A stretch of 64,000 nucleotides of DNA from Ptychomitrium polyphyllum (taxonomy: Eukaryota). The stretch covers positions 18,724,001 through 18,788,000 of the forward strand of contig OZ316775.1 in NCBI GenBank assembly GCA_973851085.1, given 5' to 3'. Below are positions 1-13,656 of this stretch, in pieces; positions within the stretch are counted from its first letter, which is position 1; each line of letters opens with the position of its first letter. Below the pieces are notes generated by a model. It worked only from the letters and a program-made list of their open reading frames with translations, searched no databases and was not told the origin of the DNA. A program made the translations under genes and the position numbers.

Positions 1-1691
1 ATTCGGACTGGGCAGCCACAAATTAATCTCCATGATTTTTTTTCTACCGGATTTTCAAAAACTACTTACGAGCTTTTTAGAATACCTTGAAGTAGCCCAC
101 ACACTACAGTATCCCAGTGTAGGCAAGGAAGAAATAACAGTGCTGTGCAAATATTGCAGAAGGGCATTCAAATTCTACAATCATGATCCAAATAAAAGCA
201 TTTCTCATGAGTTTGAGTAACTCATTCACACTGCGAATAATGATTGGTGTCGGCCTGCATCAGCGACGGTTTGGGGTACATCGTCCTGCGCAGACGGGCG
301 TCCGCTTCCGACGCCGGAGCCTGCCGCCACGTTGGCGAGCAGGAATGACGAGGTCCGACCCCGGGTGCACCTGCCTTACATCTTCCCTGCAAAGGCTGCA
401 CCTTTGCTGGAAGCCAACCAGTGCGTGTGGATCCAGCCCCCAAGTAAGCTCGCATTTTCTCCTACAGTTGCTACATTTGGACTGCGAGTTCCACCCGAGT
501 TGTCTTCCTAGAGAGGCCTGCGATTCCTCCAAGCCTGCACTGACTTGGTACTGGTCATCCAAGCTCTGGGTAACACCATGATCCCGTCGTTTCTAGCATG
601 GCAGTATCGCCTCCATTGCCATCGCTGCTGTCGCCGTGTTGCGTCCCCTGCTACTGTAGATCGCGTCCAGAGGGCCTTCGGATTCAAGTGGCAACTCTCC
701 CTGGAGGTTTCTGTGGAGGCGCTCTGTGCGTTCGTGTGTGAAGGTGTGAGATCTGACAGTACGTGCATGTTGTCTTTGGTATTCGTGGTGTGTAGTGTCT
801 AGTTTTCTTCGGAAGGTAGCACTCCTATACTTTTGGTGGATGTCCACTTCCGTGGATGTAGGTACATGGTGTGCGCTTTGGTCTATGTCTGTGCATAGAC
901 TATTGTTGTGGATATAGATACAGGGTAATAGATCTTTGGTGTGATGGAGAAACAAAAACTTGAATTGTTGTTGTTCTTGAAAAGGGACCGAAATCTTCTT
1001 GTCTTTGGAAACATAGGATTTGAGTGTTTTGAGTGGGGTGTAGGAAGTTGTGGTTTGGATCTTGAAATTCGGAGTTTGGGTGCTTGATGTATTTGGAGCT
1101 ATTTTATTGTTTTGGTGGAGTTGGATGTCGTAGGTGAAGTAGGTAGCACGTTTTGCGGTTTTGAGGGTGTCTTAAGGCAGTTAGTAATGGTGGTTGCCAC
1201 GTTTGGTATTGGATGGTGTCGGAGTGGCGGAGAGTGAGAGAGATGCGATTTTGTATTGAAGGGCTAGGTTTTATGAGATTGTTAGTTTCAGGAGATTCGT
1301 GCTGGAAGCCTGTAAGTGGGTCTTCGTCGCTGGGTGAGGGTCTGTAAGGTTGTGTTTTTTAGCTTAGAGGTTCAGTTGTCGGTTGTGCATCTGTGCTTGT
1401 GAATGCTGTTCATGTGCGCTAATTTTCTTTTGGTTGAATCCATTTTTGTAGGGGCTACGAGTGTGAGGAGACCCTTATCACGATGTGCTTTGTAGTTGAG
1501 GTGGCTGTGGACGATTCTCCAGGTTGAGGGCGGTTTGGCGGGTATATTGGCTTCCAACTTTAACAGCCTGCTCAAGAAATGTAGATCTATTTGTGCTGAT
1601 TGTGTTGTTTCTCAGCAGAAGGAAATCCTTTCTTGCAAGGCACAGTACAAAGCCCTAAACAGAGTGTGAGACACAATTTCAATCACCTTCG

Positions 1692-3582
1692 ATGGCGTTC
1701 GCTTCCAGGTCACTTTCTCGGATCGTTCCTGTTCTGAGACAGGGAGGTTCAGGGTTAGAGTCCGAAATGAGCGGTATCAGTGAGTACGGGGTGCCAAAAT
1801 TTTACGAAGATGAGCAACCACGACTTCACTTTCCGGGAGCAGTGAGGAAATTCGCCTACCGGTTTGACGGGAATGGAAAATTTGTGAAGAAAGAGTGGGA
1901 TTTGATGATAGATCAAGGAGCAGGTTTCTGCTGGTACCATGTTGAGCTTCCGAGGTCAAGCCAGAAACTATCCACGTCAGCAGAGTATCTCATAGATGTC
2001 CTCTGCCCTCCTCTGAAGCTGCAAGAGATTCTTGCCCTAGTGAGCAGCGGTCCCTTTTGTGGCACAGTTGATGGAGCGTTGGTGTTCAGAGTAAACTCAG
2101 CCGGACCTTGTGGAAGTAAATTCACTCAAAGAATATCGGCCTTGGTGACTGACAAGAGAATCATTAGTGTTTCTCTTGGTCGTCTTTCGAGGTTGGATTT
2201 CTCCACAACTTCCACTCGGTCGCTCTTGTCTGAGGTGCCATGCATTGAGCCCAAGGATCAGAGTAATGGAGAGGGGTTGAGTCATCTTGGCTCTACGAAG
2301 TCTGGAGGTGTGATCATCCAGGAGCATGTGCTGGAATTTCTGTTGAGCAGGAACACTTTTGAAGAGGCTGAAAATGCTATTCCTATGGGAGTGGGTAATC
2401 TGTTAGCGCATATTATTGACACCCATGTGGACCAGCTGCACGAGATTGTGCTCCAGCTTGAGACTCAATTGGATGAGGTTGAACGGGATCTGGATTTAGG
2501 TGAGTGCTCATTTTACCTTTTTCAACCTGTTTCCTCTCTTGTGATCGCCAAGGAATACCTCAGTAAAGATACTGTGAAGAATGTAGACAATATGTTGATA
2601 ATGTTTTGAAATCCTTAACCTGTAATCTTGTGATATTGGTCATCTTGCACATAATCTTTTTTAAGGCGGTGTGGTGCATTCTGTTGCAGGTGTGGGTGCG
2701 ACAAAGAAGCAGATGTTGGATGACCGACGGTTTCCGAAGATGCATTTAAACCTGCAGCGGTTGTTGCAAGTGATAGCCCATGGTGACCAAGTGTTTCCTA
2801 GAGTGAAGGAGAAATGTGTAGGGAAAACCTGGTGCTCTTGTGAAGATCTGGCTACTCTAGATGCACTGGTGGGTCGGCTACGGAAGTTAAAAGAGAACGT
2901 GGGCTTCATCGTCAGCCGCATTACGGCCATACAAGCAGGGCTTGACAACTGGCAGGCAGAGCAGATCAATCGCAAGCTATACTATCTCTCTTTTCTGTCC
3001 ATGATGTTTCTTCCGCTCTCTATCGTCACCGGAGGTTAGTATTTATGAACTTGGGCTCTTGATATAATTTTCCCTTCAAAATATCTTTAGTTATTAGATC
3101 CTTGTGGAATGCTGCTGGTGCTTATTGTTATTGTTATTGTTTTCCGGGTTTAGAGTAGAGTTGAGTTTTGGTTTTGTTCGTCAGTGAGCTTGAAATTTTG
3201 CATTCATTGAGTTGGCTATGTACCCCTACCGGGTTCTATCTACTTAAATATTTTTCTCCGTTTCTGATCACCACTCCACTTTTCATGAGCATCCATTTAA
3301 AAAGTATTGCAATTCTGCTTTCTTGCAGCTTTCGGGATGAATGTGGGAGGAGTGCCGTGGACAACGCAGACAAGTCCAAAGATCAGCCATGGGTTCCGAA
3401 ATGTCATGCTTATATGTGCTGCTATCGTCATTCTTTTGCTGGTGATGTTTGGGGCTGTGCCATTGTACAACTACCTCATAAGTGGGAGGCGCGAAGGTGC
3501 AAAGGATAGGCGGCTTCGGTACCAGAAGTCAATCCGATACCGAGGTGGCAGCCAGCGTCATCCTGCATATCTTCCCCTTTAA
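1692..3582 (+). CDS. CorA/ZntB-like Mg2+/Zn2+ transporter; exons 1692-2499, 2690-3034, 3329-3582
   Basis: Phase-compatible GT-AG junctions join FCWYHVELP...HIIDTHVDQL, KKQMLDDRRFPKMHLNLQRLLQ...LSIVTG and AFGMNVGGVPW. The GMN signature of the CorA family is flanked by two TM helices. Confidence 0.92.
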
Positions 3583-5405
3583 GCTTTTGCTTAAATTTTT
3601 GTGATGCTTGTCAAGCCTTTCCAGATTTCGCTCCTGGAGGTGTTTTCAAGGCATCGGAATGCCACTATTAGTCAATGAAGTAAATCGGATCTGTATTTAT
3701 CCTATAGTTTACGTGTGCAAATTGTATGCTCATTTTTCCTCTACTGTGACATGAGTTTACATGAGTTTGGGTGTGGAGCTGAGATAAAGGGTGTGTCCAC
3801 ATGATCATATGGTCCAACCTTCCAATAATATAGCGGTTGGGGGGCTGTTAAGAGGTCTATTGTCAAATCTTCGCCCGCTTCATTTTCCAACCACTAGATT
3901 ATTGGGAGGTTGGACAGTATGGTCCTCATGGAAATGGTCCTCGATTCGGTCAGTTCAATGTGCATACTTCCTTTCAGAGTGGTCACTAGGTACGTGCGCT
4001 TTTGTGCTAATTCATCTCATTGTTTAATCACATACTTTCACAATATCCCAAATCTTCTAATGAGCAGGTATCATCAGAACCTAAGAAGTGCCGTTTCTAC
4101 CAAATTCGAAAGCCCTATTCTCACAAACATATTCCATACAGGAAACCATCTCCCTTTGTCCAAGGTGGCTTTTGGTGCACTCACGATTTATAGTGATTTT
4201 ATATGTTACTTCGTAGAATACAAGTGGTAGAACATGGACGTGCCTTGATACAATTTTGGATACTGTACTTATTGGTGAAACTTTCTTCATATAAATAACT
4301 ATATGCGAAAAGACCAACTCCTGTACCTCTTCAATGAGCAGAAAAAGTTTAATGACCTGACAAACTCTACATTTTCCTGCTTACTCATACGGAGGTGATG
4401 GAATCATTCCTCCGCTTCACCAGGTCCCCTGATATCTTTCGTCTCACAGGTTACCTTGACAATGACCAACCAAAGGCAGATAAGCATCTATTGTCAAAGT
4501 CTGGATTCGGCAAAGGTCGGTTAAGTTTTTTTGGGATTCTCAAGGTCGTGACAAATATCTGAAGACAATTCCTTGTAAGTCGGAAATTCAGCAGTTTGTA
4601 CCAGTCGGAATCCAGCAGCACGCACTTGAGACACACGAGAACCCTAAAGAAGCCTGTACAACGGAAATGGTCGACCAATTTGTTTGCTATTGATGTTCAA
4701 AATCAAGTGACAATTAAGGACTGTTAAAACTGGACGCTTCCTTTCACAGCAGTGGCTTTGCATTGAGGTTGTCGTTTGAGGCAAGAAGTGTTCATTACAT
4801 TGTCGCCAAAGGCTTGGTCTTGGCCAAGGACCTGCAATTGTGGTAGTGTACACTACTACCTTAGTCGGTACACACAGTAACAGTTCTGCTAGGATTAATG
4901 GTTATACGGAACAAACTTGAAGTGGTCAGTCGGCTTTGCCGACACGGTTAATGGTAATTGCACTTGGAAGAGTTGCAAATGCTATAGTTCATCTCTTCCA
5001 AGTTCTCTTCCAAGAACTATAGGAACTTAGTTCATCTTCACCTTACATTTGAAGTCTCAGCAGATTTGGCCTCTCGCATGGAGAGGAGTTGTGCCCTCAT
5101 TTGATATTCCTTGTTTCTTGCCAAACTTTCGAATTTGATGTGCCTGTTTCGGGTGTAAGCAGTTCATAAAGCGAAGTCTTCCAGGGTTGAGTTCGTAAAT
5201 TATGATGTCGAAATTTTTCCCGAGGATTCCGTCTACTTGGTAGCCCTACTTTGTGAATTTGTGTCGACTTCATAAAGCAGTTCTCATCTTAGATAATGAA
5301 TAATTTTGTGGCTTTCATAGTTCACGATTTTGAAGTGTCTGATCTGTCGCCACTTGCAGATGTTTTGCGCGCACGTTTCAGCTGGGCATTATAACATCTG
5401 CATAA

Positions 5406-5760
5406 GTGCTGGGTTTGTATGGATTGGGCTAGACTACAATCTCTAAGTCCTTGTACAGTTACTTCAACAGAGAGTTCTTAGGTAGAATATGCTGCATAGA
5501 GATTAAAGAAGGGGTGAAAGCACTTGAGCGGCAAAGAATGGTAATGAGGAAGCTTTCAAGACTAGATGAATTATTGCTGCAAAGCTTGTCCGATGTTTAC
5601 TGCTGTAAAACAACTTTCATCAAAAACATCCAAGAAGGGAAAGTTCAAGGTGTTCTGAATGAGGATGCTGAGGTGGTCTAATCATGCTGCATTGTGTGAA
5701 CTGACTGATTCAGAAAAGCTCGGAAAAGTTTTTCTGGCGTATGGATTTGTAGATAGAACT
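5406..5760 (+). pseudogene. Degenerate NB-ARC (NLR) fragment
   Basis: The frame from 5406 reads VLGLYGLG*TTISKSLYSYFNREFLGRICCIEI. This is a broken P-loop (G.GG.GKTT, with TAG at 5430-5432 where Lys is expected) followed by an RNBS-A-like segment. Confidence 0.65.
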
Positions 5761-8618
5761 GCAATTTTTCTATTATTTAAATCCTTCACGACTGTTTCAT
5801 GGTGTTCTTCTGTGTCTTCACTTCGTAAACAGACTCTTCGCATTCGCATTATAGTTACATTGTTTGCTACGGAGAAGTTTAGAGTCTTCTGACTGTGAGA
5901 GATAATATATCATAGTTCTGCACTTAGGTGAGGTTTTTTCTAATCCAATGCTAGGTAGCAATATTATGTTCGTATCAGGGAGCTCAAATGTTGTTTAAGA
6001 TCTACTTGGCAAGTCAGGTCACTGCTATCAGATACCAAGTCTGACAAGGGAGGAGGCAGCCGGTATTTGCACACAAGAAGCAGATGGATTTTTCTTTCAA
6101 GGAGCATCACTGAAGGGATCATTCTGCCCTGTCGGGAGATGAGAGAGCAGCTGTCGAAGGTTTGCTGTCAATTTGCACTACAGCCTCTAAAAAGTTCATA
6201 ATAAATATTTTGTGAAAATCATTAGAAAATAGGCTTGCCCTACACATTACAAACGCAATTTTAAGCCTAAATATAAAATCATGAACAAAAACCATCTGTC
6301 CAGTGTGAACGGTCATATCCTTATACGTGGCCAACCTGAAATGTCAGAGTTGGAAAATGTAGATTTAAAGATGACAAGACAAAAATTATGGCTTCTACAT
6401 GATATGTTTGAAATAGTAGATATTTCTTGCGCTGTAGGCAATAAAGGCTCTCCCATCGTCAAGAAAAGGTGAAGAAAGGTGAAAGTTCAGGAACCCATTG
6501 AAACCTACGCCACATCAGATCAAAGGACTCCTGTCGAATACTAGGTGGCAAAGAATACAGGAAGGCACAGGGCTTTGGTACAATGACGGTTTTGTTTGTG
6601 CACACATCCCATGCACACAATGTGCACGTGTGCATGCTTGACACCACTAGATAATTCGCAGATCACTTGAAAGGTATTGGCTGCTGTTGGCTTCCCTGTT
6701 GACACATCCCTGGACCCCGATTTTCTTGGACAAGCCTTGCAAGGCGGATACCACCTTATTAGAATGAACGGTAGCATATCGTTGGGCAAAACCTTCTTGG
6801 GCACTCCAACTCTTGACCATGAGAGTTCACGTACGCTTTATCTTCTCCTTTAAAAGTCAGAAAAAGTACATAAGAAAATTCACAAGAAAGTTCATTACAT
6901 ACCTTTTTCAAATAAAATTGAAAAAAAGGATGAAAGGATTTGGTGCCTGAAAATGGCTGCCCAACAATATATGACCCATTTTAGGATGTAAGAAGCTTTA
7001 AGGGTTAAAACATTTTTCATCTAGATTTAAGAAAACACAAATCAAAATAACTGAAAGCTGTAAGTGGTAATATGTAATTGGCATTCCGCATCTTATTATT
7101 GAACTCTAGCTGGTGAGAATCCACATATTGACATTTGACATGTTGATGCACATTTATTCGTCAGGCTTGCCCAAACCTGCCGAGGCTGAACTTGAGCAAT
7201 TACACATCAGTCACAATGCTACCAATTGACATTCTACTATAGATCTTGCTATAAAATTCCACAACAAACACATTTCCATAAAGGAACTTCATTTAACAAT
7301 GTCAAAGCCCCAGATGACAACGGGCATAGGTCCCAACGCCCACGGGCCCTCGAACCCGGGCACCGGCAGAATTGCAGTCCACGGGACGATCGAAAGTCAA
7401 GGCGGCCGAGTACTGTCGACGACTCCCAACTGCGAATGAACATTGACTGATCCCAGGGAGCTCGAGCTGATCGAAACCTTGGTCGACTCACCATTGCGGC
7501 GGCTGTCTATTTCGTCGCACTTTCGCCTGGGCTGTGACCCAGTTGTACCTGCGCTGCAATGAGATCCATCCGTGAGCTTGGTAGCTGACTTATGAACTCA
7601 TGGTTTGATGTGATGATCCTAGAGCAAGTCCAGTTGGTACATCTCGGAGGTCAGCTAGCTTCAGTTGGGAGTGATCAGAGTCGGCACCGATTGTCGATGA
7701 GAGTGTCTCTCTACACGGTCGTTGCAATGGTTTGAAGTTCTCTAGTTCGACTCGGTGGTTGCATCACTTTTGATTAGCTGTGGGAGATTACCAAGGGAGG
7801 ATTTGGTTACTGCTCTTGGGGTACTCTTCGGTTCGGTTTGCGATGTAGACCATTCTCTCCTTTTGGTTTAGTTTGCTGCTTTGTTTACTAGAACTGGCTC
7901 TCTTTTGTGTGAAAGACAATGCTGGTTACAGGGTGGAAAACTCCATATTTGTTACAATGGTGGATTTGAGTGTTTATGGACAGAGTTGTGGACGCCCGTC
8001 TGAAACCTGAAACCTAAATCTGCGTTGGTTTTCAGAGCTTTTGGCACATGTATTCTGCCGTTATATCGGATATGAGAATCGGTAACTCAGTGACAATGCA
8101 TGAGTGGACACGTTTTGTAATATTTCTTTCCTACAATTTTTCTTTTCTGAATGTAGTTTATATCGTTTAAAAATCTAATGGGTTAAACAACGGCATTGTA
8201 ATCCTTGGGTACATTGCATGATTGCAGCGAAACAAAAACGCTTACTGAAAATCTTGAAAGGGCTTTCGTAAGTTGAGAAATCTTGGTGGAGAAGTTTATA
8301 AAGTTTCAGTTTGCTTAGGTCGTATTGACAAGCCACTTGAACTTATCAATCTATACTGTCTGTGCCTCTGCCTGCTTCACAAGTTCCTTCTTTTAAAAAA
8401 AAATTCCCTTGATCAATGCGACCTATCTGTGTTGCTCATTAGTGTAATGGGCTTGTCACAGATCACCACACTCCATCTCGAATTCTCGCGCATCGTATTG
8501 TGCACATATACTTGTGCAGGGGTTGCTGATTGAGCTGAATAATTGAGTGTCAACATGCTTAGCCTTTGCTCTGATATTCCTGTGCAGGTGAGTTAGTGAT
8601 TTAGGCCATTACATTGCC

Positions 8619-9501
8619 ATGGGCGATTCAAACATTGAGCAGAGAGCAGGCGAGGCACTTGAATTATGGCTTACTGACAAAGAGTACAGGGCCTCGCCTC
8701 TCGCCTTTACAATCAAGGTTTTCCAACTCGTGGACGTCATGAGAGCAGATGAGGAGGAAGGCAGAGCAGATTTCAAAATTGTTTCCAGGTGAGATTCATT
8801 TTACTCTGTTCAATTGAAATATCTCTACCAGATTGGGTGGACCTGGCACATAGTTTGTCTCGTTTTCTCTTGATCAAATCTGAGAGCTGAGTGATCAGAA
8901 GTATTTTTCTTCAATCTTGTAGACACGTTGAATGACATTTTGTGTTCGTTCTAAAAACCAACACAATGTATCTAGGGCTTTCCACGATGTAATCAAATTG
9001 GGATTGAGATGAGCTTGTTGAGGTCACATTGTAGAAGATTCGAGTGTGAAAATCCTACCAGTAGTAAAGCCTTTAAAAAGTTTAGTGCAATGTACCGTAA
9101 CCAAGGATGACAAGCTCCAATAACCAATGACGAGCCATTTCGCCTTATAGCCTGCATAGGTTTCTACTTACTAGATATTTAGCTAGGCCTTAAGTTACCT
9201 AACATATCAATATCTTTCATTTAGCGGCTCCTTATTTAAATTAATTTATTTTTCATTAACCAACTTGTGAAAAGGTTTAAGGAAGTTGATATTTTCTACA
9301 TCATGATGTTTGGAAGCCACATTGAATCAAACAACTTCTTTTTCTTGTCGTGACTCCAGAGCGCTAGAAATGCTGCTGGAGCTGAATGACAATCACAAAG
9401 TGCCTGCATCTGCTAACAAGCCTGCGCTGGCGACCACTCAGACATCCAACATTGCCGAATTTAAACGTCGAATTATGGCCTGTCTCAGAAGGTTTCGTTG
9501 A
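8619..9501 (+). CDS. Candidate small two-exon gene of unknown function (103 aa); exons 8619-8788, 9360-9501
   Basis: ATG in GCCATGG context, 170 nt open to a strong donor CAG|GTGAG. The pyrimidine-rich acceptor TCCAG|A at 9359/9360 is phase-compatible and the frame stays open to TGA 9499-9501. No family recognised. Confidence 0.45.
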
Positions 9502-12500
9502 TGCGGGAAACCTATTCAGGGCAATTGGAAACATTTACACCAGCCCTGATGACCCAAGCGTCAGTTCATGATTTTGCTGCAGCTAAACTCTCTGTCAACA
9601 TCGCCGTGACAACTGCTCCAAACGAAACATTGTCACAATTCGGTTGTCAATCAAATAGACTAGCAAACCCCTTTTCCAGAATCAGGGGTGCAGAGAAGAT
9701 GTAGAGTCATTTTGTTACCGAAAAAGGTGACAGTTCTTTCAGGCAGTGCGATATCTGCTCGTGACAACTTGTAGAAAATGTAATAGGGTTCTTACGTTGA
9801 GAAAACATGCAATGACTACTGACCGTCTGTACAGAAACTTCATATACTTGTTTGTGGATATTTCTCATAGTATCTACCCTCACAAGGGGAGTCTTTCTTA
9901 ACTCATACATCCTGAAGAGAGAATGCCGTTGGTAATATATCCATGTTGCTTACCGGTTCTTTCTTCACGCAAGTGCAGACCACCGCAAGATCCCCAGGCA
10001 CATTTCTGAAGCCCAGGTTAGGAATTGAGCAGCCAAATTCCGTTCATTTTATGCACTCAAAATGTGTTGCGTCCATCAAAAGTCAAGAGCACACACAGAA
10101 ATCTTCTGTGAAGTTCTGTAATGCATCACTATAAATACACGCTAGTGTAGGTCAAGATCCAATAAACACCTCACTGGCCACCCCCCGCAACCCCGCCTCT
10201 CCCCCCCCCGGCAACTATTCCAAGGGGAAACTAAGATGGAGCAAAAGATAATTATAACCAGGACAGGTGAGGTCACGATCTCAACTTCAGCAGTGGAATA
10301 CCAGAAGAGCAGGACGCTTTCATGCTACATCGATTTCAGATCATTTACGAAGCCCCTACTCCATGTTCACGCAAGGCTCATGAAGCACTAAGTCCACATC
10401 CAGCCTCATTGCCAACTCTTGAAATACGGCACGGTTCTCATTGAGGCATTGATCCGTGAAAAAAGCACATGACAATGATTGCAACCACAAACTCACGGCC
10501 TGAATCAGGTCCTTGTATGAAGAGGCCCTCAGCCGTAACATGACCAACCGAGTATTCGTCATGTCACCCATCTGCTACAGCTGTTGCTTGAATAACAGCA
10601 CACTCAATCGAGTGAAAAACGAGAGGATCAAGCTAGCTCTAAAGGTCAAAGACCTCACAGCCACCAGCACGAACGTTGTTGATAGCTCATTAAGTTCAGC
10701 TCAAGACGTACACTCCTGCCGCCCAATGAAAATCCAGAATACAATCCAAAGTAGCTTCGAATTTCGTCGTGGTCGCTGCGAATTTCCAGCCTTCATTTCT
10801 GGGCAGTTACATGCGACAACCATCACTTGCATTTGAATACTCCTTCCAACTCAGGTTCTATCAATCCAACATACGTGTCATATGCTACATGATCTTGAAA
10901 ATTCAATAAACATAGTACACGCACAGAACTCCAAATTCAAATTTAGGTTTTTGCTTAGAATCAAGCTGACAAGCCATCAAAATGCTCTGCAGTGTCCTTC
11001 TAAGACTTGTACAAGTTGGACTTGACGAAAGTGTAGGTTGTCAACTCTGTGAGGAGCTAGGTCTGCAATTGATTGCAGCCAGTTTGTTCATGTAGGCTAA
11101 ACGAAATGCTCGGACTTCATAAATTGTCCAACGATGCACGAGCCAGACTCTGCCAACCTTCCCGTCCAGAAGCCAATCCTCGTTTAAGTGACTATTACTC
11201 AAAATAAAAATATTCCTTTCTTGCATTCCAAACTTACAGTGCTGTTCAATCATGCACTGATACTGGAGGAATGCAATCAGCGGACAACTAGAAAACCAGA
11301 AGAGGAAATGAGATGACCTTAATTGAAGTGCCAAAGGCATGAAGCCTGGCCTCTTCCAATCGGCTACGTCGCGAGAAGCAACCAACCACAAAATCCCAGG
11401 GGATCTGTCAACACTGGCAACAACAAACCTCAAGACTGGACCCCATGAGATACCGCATACAGGGTAGATATGTTTGATTGCAAGAAAATAAGCGAGCCAA
11501 AAGCTCATATACACATTTCCACAACAATCGACCCCCTCCACATGGTTCTGTGTCTGGCTTCCATGTGCTTGGCGTCCTGCCTACCAGTTACCTTACCCTG
11601 AATTTGCCCCTTCACTGCTCAAACCCATACCTTGCCTTTCTCATGAAAACAGAATGCCACTTCATGTACATGGGTGTTGCTCACAAGCTCCAGTCATGGA
11701 ACTGCATACTGCAGCCTATATACTCTCTGCATAGAGTCCAAATTGAAATCAAAGGCGTTATAGCACGTGCATGTTTTGTATGAAAAGGTCTATAATTAAT
11801 TGGCATTTGTAGAAAATATTCTTTTTCTTCCTCCATGCACAAATTTTTTGAAAATGTACAAACACCAATACCATAATCCAAAAATATGAATCCAGAGGCC
11901 AAATTCTAAAGCATTTGAAATTTTGTGCAAACACATTTTGTATATATTCTTCTCAAGTATAGTTTCTTAATTCTAGAATTGCCAATTTATTTTTTAATAA
12001 CTTTTGCTAAGGGACTACAAGACGAAACATATATAAAACTCAACTACAAATAATATTATGTATTAACTTGGACAATGAGTGTTCTAACTACTTGCATGTC
12101 TTTAGTGTAAAAAGAATTGAAAAGAATCAAAATTCATGCATATATCTTTTAATGGACTTTGATAGATTGTTATACCATGTTTGCAAATCTAGAACTTATA
12201 TGTAAACAAGCTTTATTGAATATTAGATATCCAAACTTATCACCATTGAAAAATGACTTATAAATTCCTTGCAGTGCTTTGCAATCGCTAGTTTGCATTT
12301 TTTTCAAATCCTTGGATGCACTTGAAGAAGGCCAAGGCTATTAATTTCTTACAACAACAAATCTACAAAGCTTTCAAATTTGATAAAAAGGGACAATCAT
12401 CCAATTCATTTGTAACTTAGTTACAATTTTCAAAGACAAAAAAATTCCAAAATTCTTCCAAGCTACCAAGTTAGCTACTTGCAAAGCATAAAGATCTATT

Positions 12501-13084
12501 TTCATCAAACATATACAAATGATACTAAGCAAGTTTTTTTCTCTCAAACACAAAGATAACCTTTCCACTGTATTAAACCTTATATATACAAATTATTATA
12601 AATGTTGACAATAATAAGGTTAATTGCACATATAATTTCACATACTTTTCAAACATTTGGAAATCACTCCTTTTCATGTACCATACTCAACCACTTGCAC
12701 AAATCTCTTCAACTTCTCCTTCCACCTGTCTGGAAATGGTCCCAAACTTCCTGAAATACGACGCCAAAATCTTTCAATACCAAAGGATAAAAATGGAATG
12801 ATCGACTCAAAGTGATTCAAATCGAGCAAGGGCGATATAATCATTCGTAACTTTATGCTTAGCAGGATCTTGGATATCACTTGGTCGCCTGTGAGGAAGA
12901 TATGCAGAATGCATAAAAATACCCAAGGCATCTTCGACCTTCAAATGAGGCGTTTCATGACACAACACTTCACTTATGCCCAAGTTCAGTAAATTGCCCC
13001 TGCTTCGTGACGTCACTGATATTTCGCTTGTTTCATTGAAACCAGGGACCAGATTATTATTGTACTTGTTGCTGCTATTTGCAG

Positions 13085-13656
13085 CTGGAGTGCAAGCACA
13101 AAATATTCCTGAGGCACAGTGGAGCCCAGAAGCCTGTTGTCGAGCAGCTATTCAAAGATCTGGAAGCACATAACCACTTTGCTTTCTTTGACCAGCGTCC
13201 TACGAGCTTGCCTGGAGACGAGAAGACTTGAACCCTCATCATTGATGCTGCCAGAAGACGCCGAGTAGCTGTGGTAGTTCTGATAGAAGAGTACCTACGC
13301 TGAGATAGCCGATTCTGGAGCTGGTTGAGTTTATGCGCGCAAGGAAATCAGGTAACAAGAGTATGAAATTATTTCCTGTTTTCAACAAGGCCCTGACTAT
13401 CGATTGAGCAATGAGTCAGATGAGAATAAGTGGAAGCCTAGATGGATGGAGCTTGTCGAAGATGACCCACGAATAGATTCTAGGAGTATGCTGCAGCTGT
13501 TCGAGGAGTTTGTGTTAGGAGTGGCCTCAGGTTTGACGAGTTTGGGAACTCGGAAGTGTCCTAAACAGATGCTGTTGATGAAGAGATCTTCATTCTGTCA
13601 CCTCCAGATTTGCTCTACGACACTTCAAAAACATTTGATTGCGATCGAATATTTCA
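13085..13656 (+). pseudogene. TIR-domain exon remnant (bryophyte-type)
   Basis: After acceptor TTTGCAG| the frame reads LECKHKIFLRHSGAQKPVVEQLFKDLEAHNHFAFFDQRPTSLP..., then VAVVVL.EEYL, *PILELVEF and MKLFPVF. Stops at 13229 and 13306 plus frameshifts; ends at donor CAG|GTGAG. Confidence 0.85.

Noticed and set aside
10181..10210. C-rich tract (G4-like on the minus strand)
   Set aside because: Short low-complexity tract with no clear gene context.
9707..11541. Minus-strand ORFs (9707-9910, 10356-10571, 11041-11541) with some acceptor-like sites
   Set aside because: No recognisable motifs, and I could not build a phase-consistent gene.
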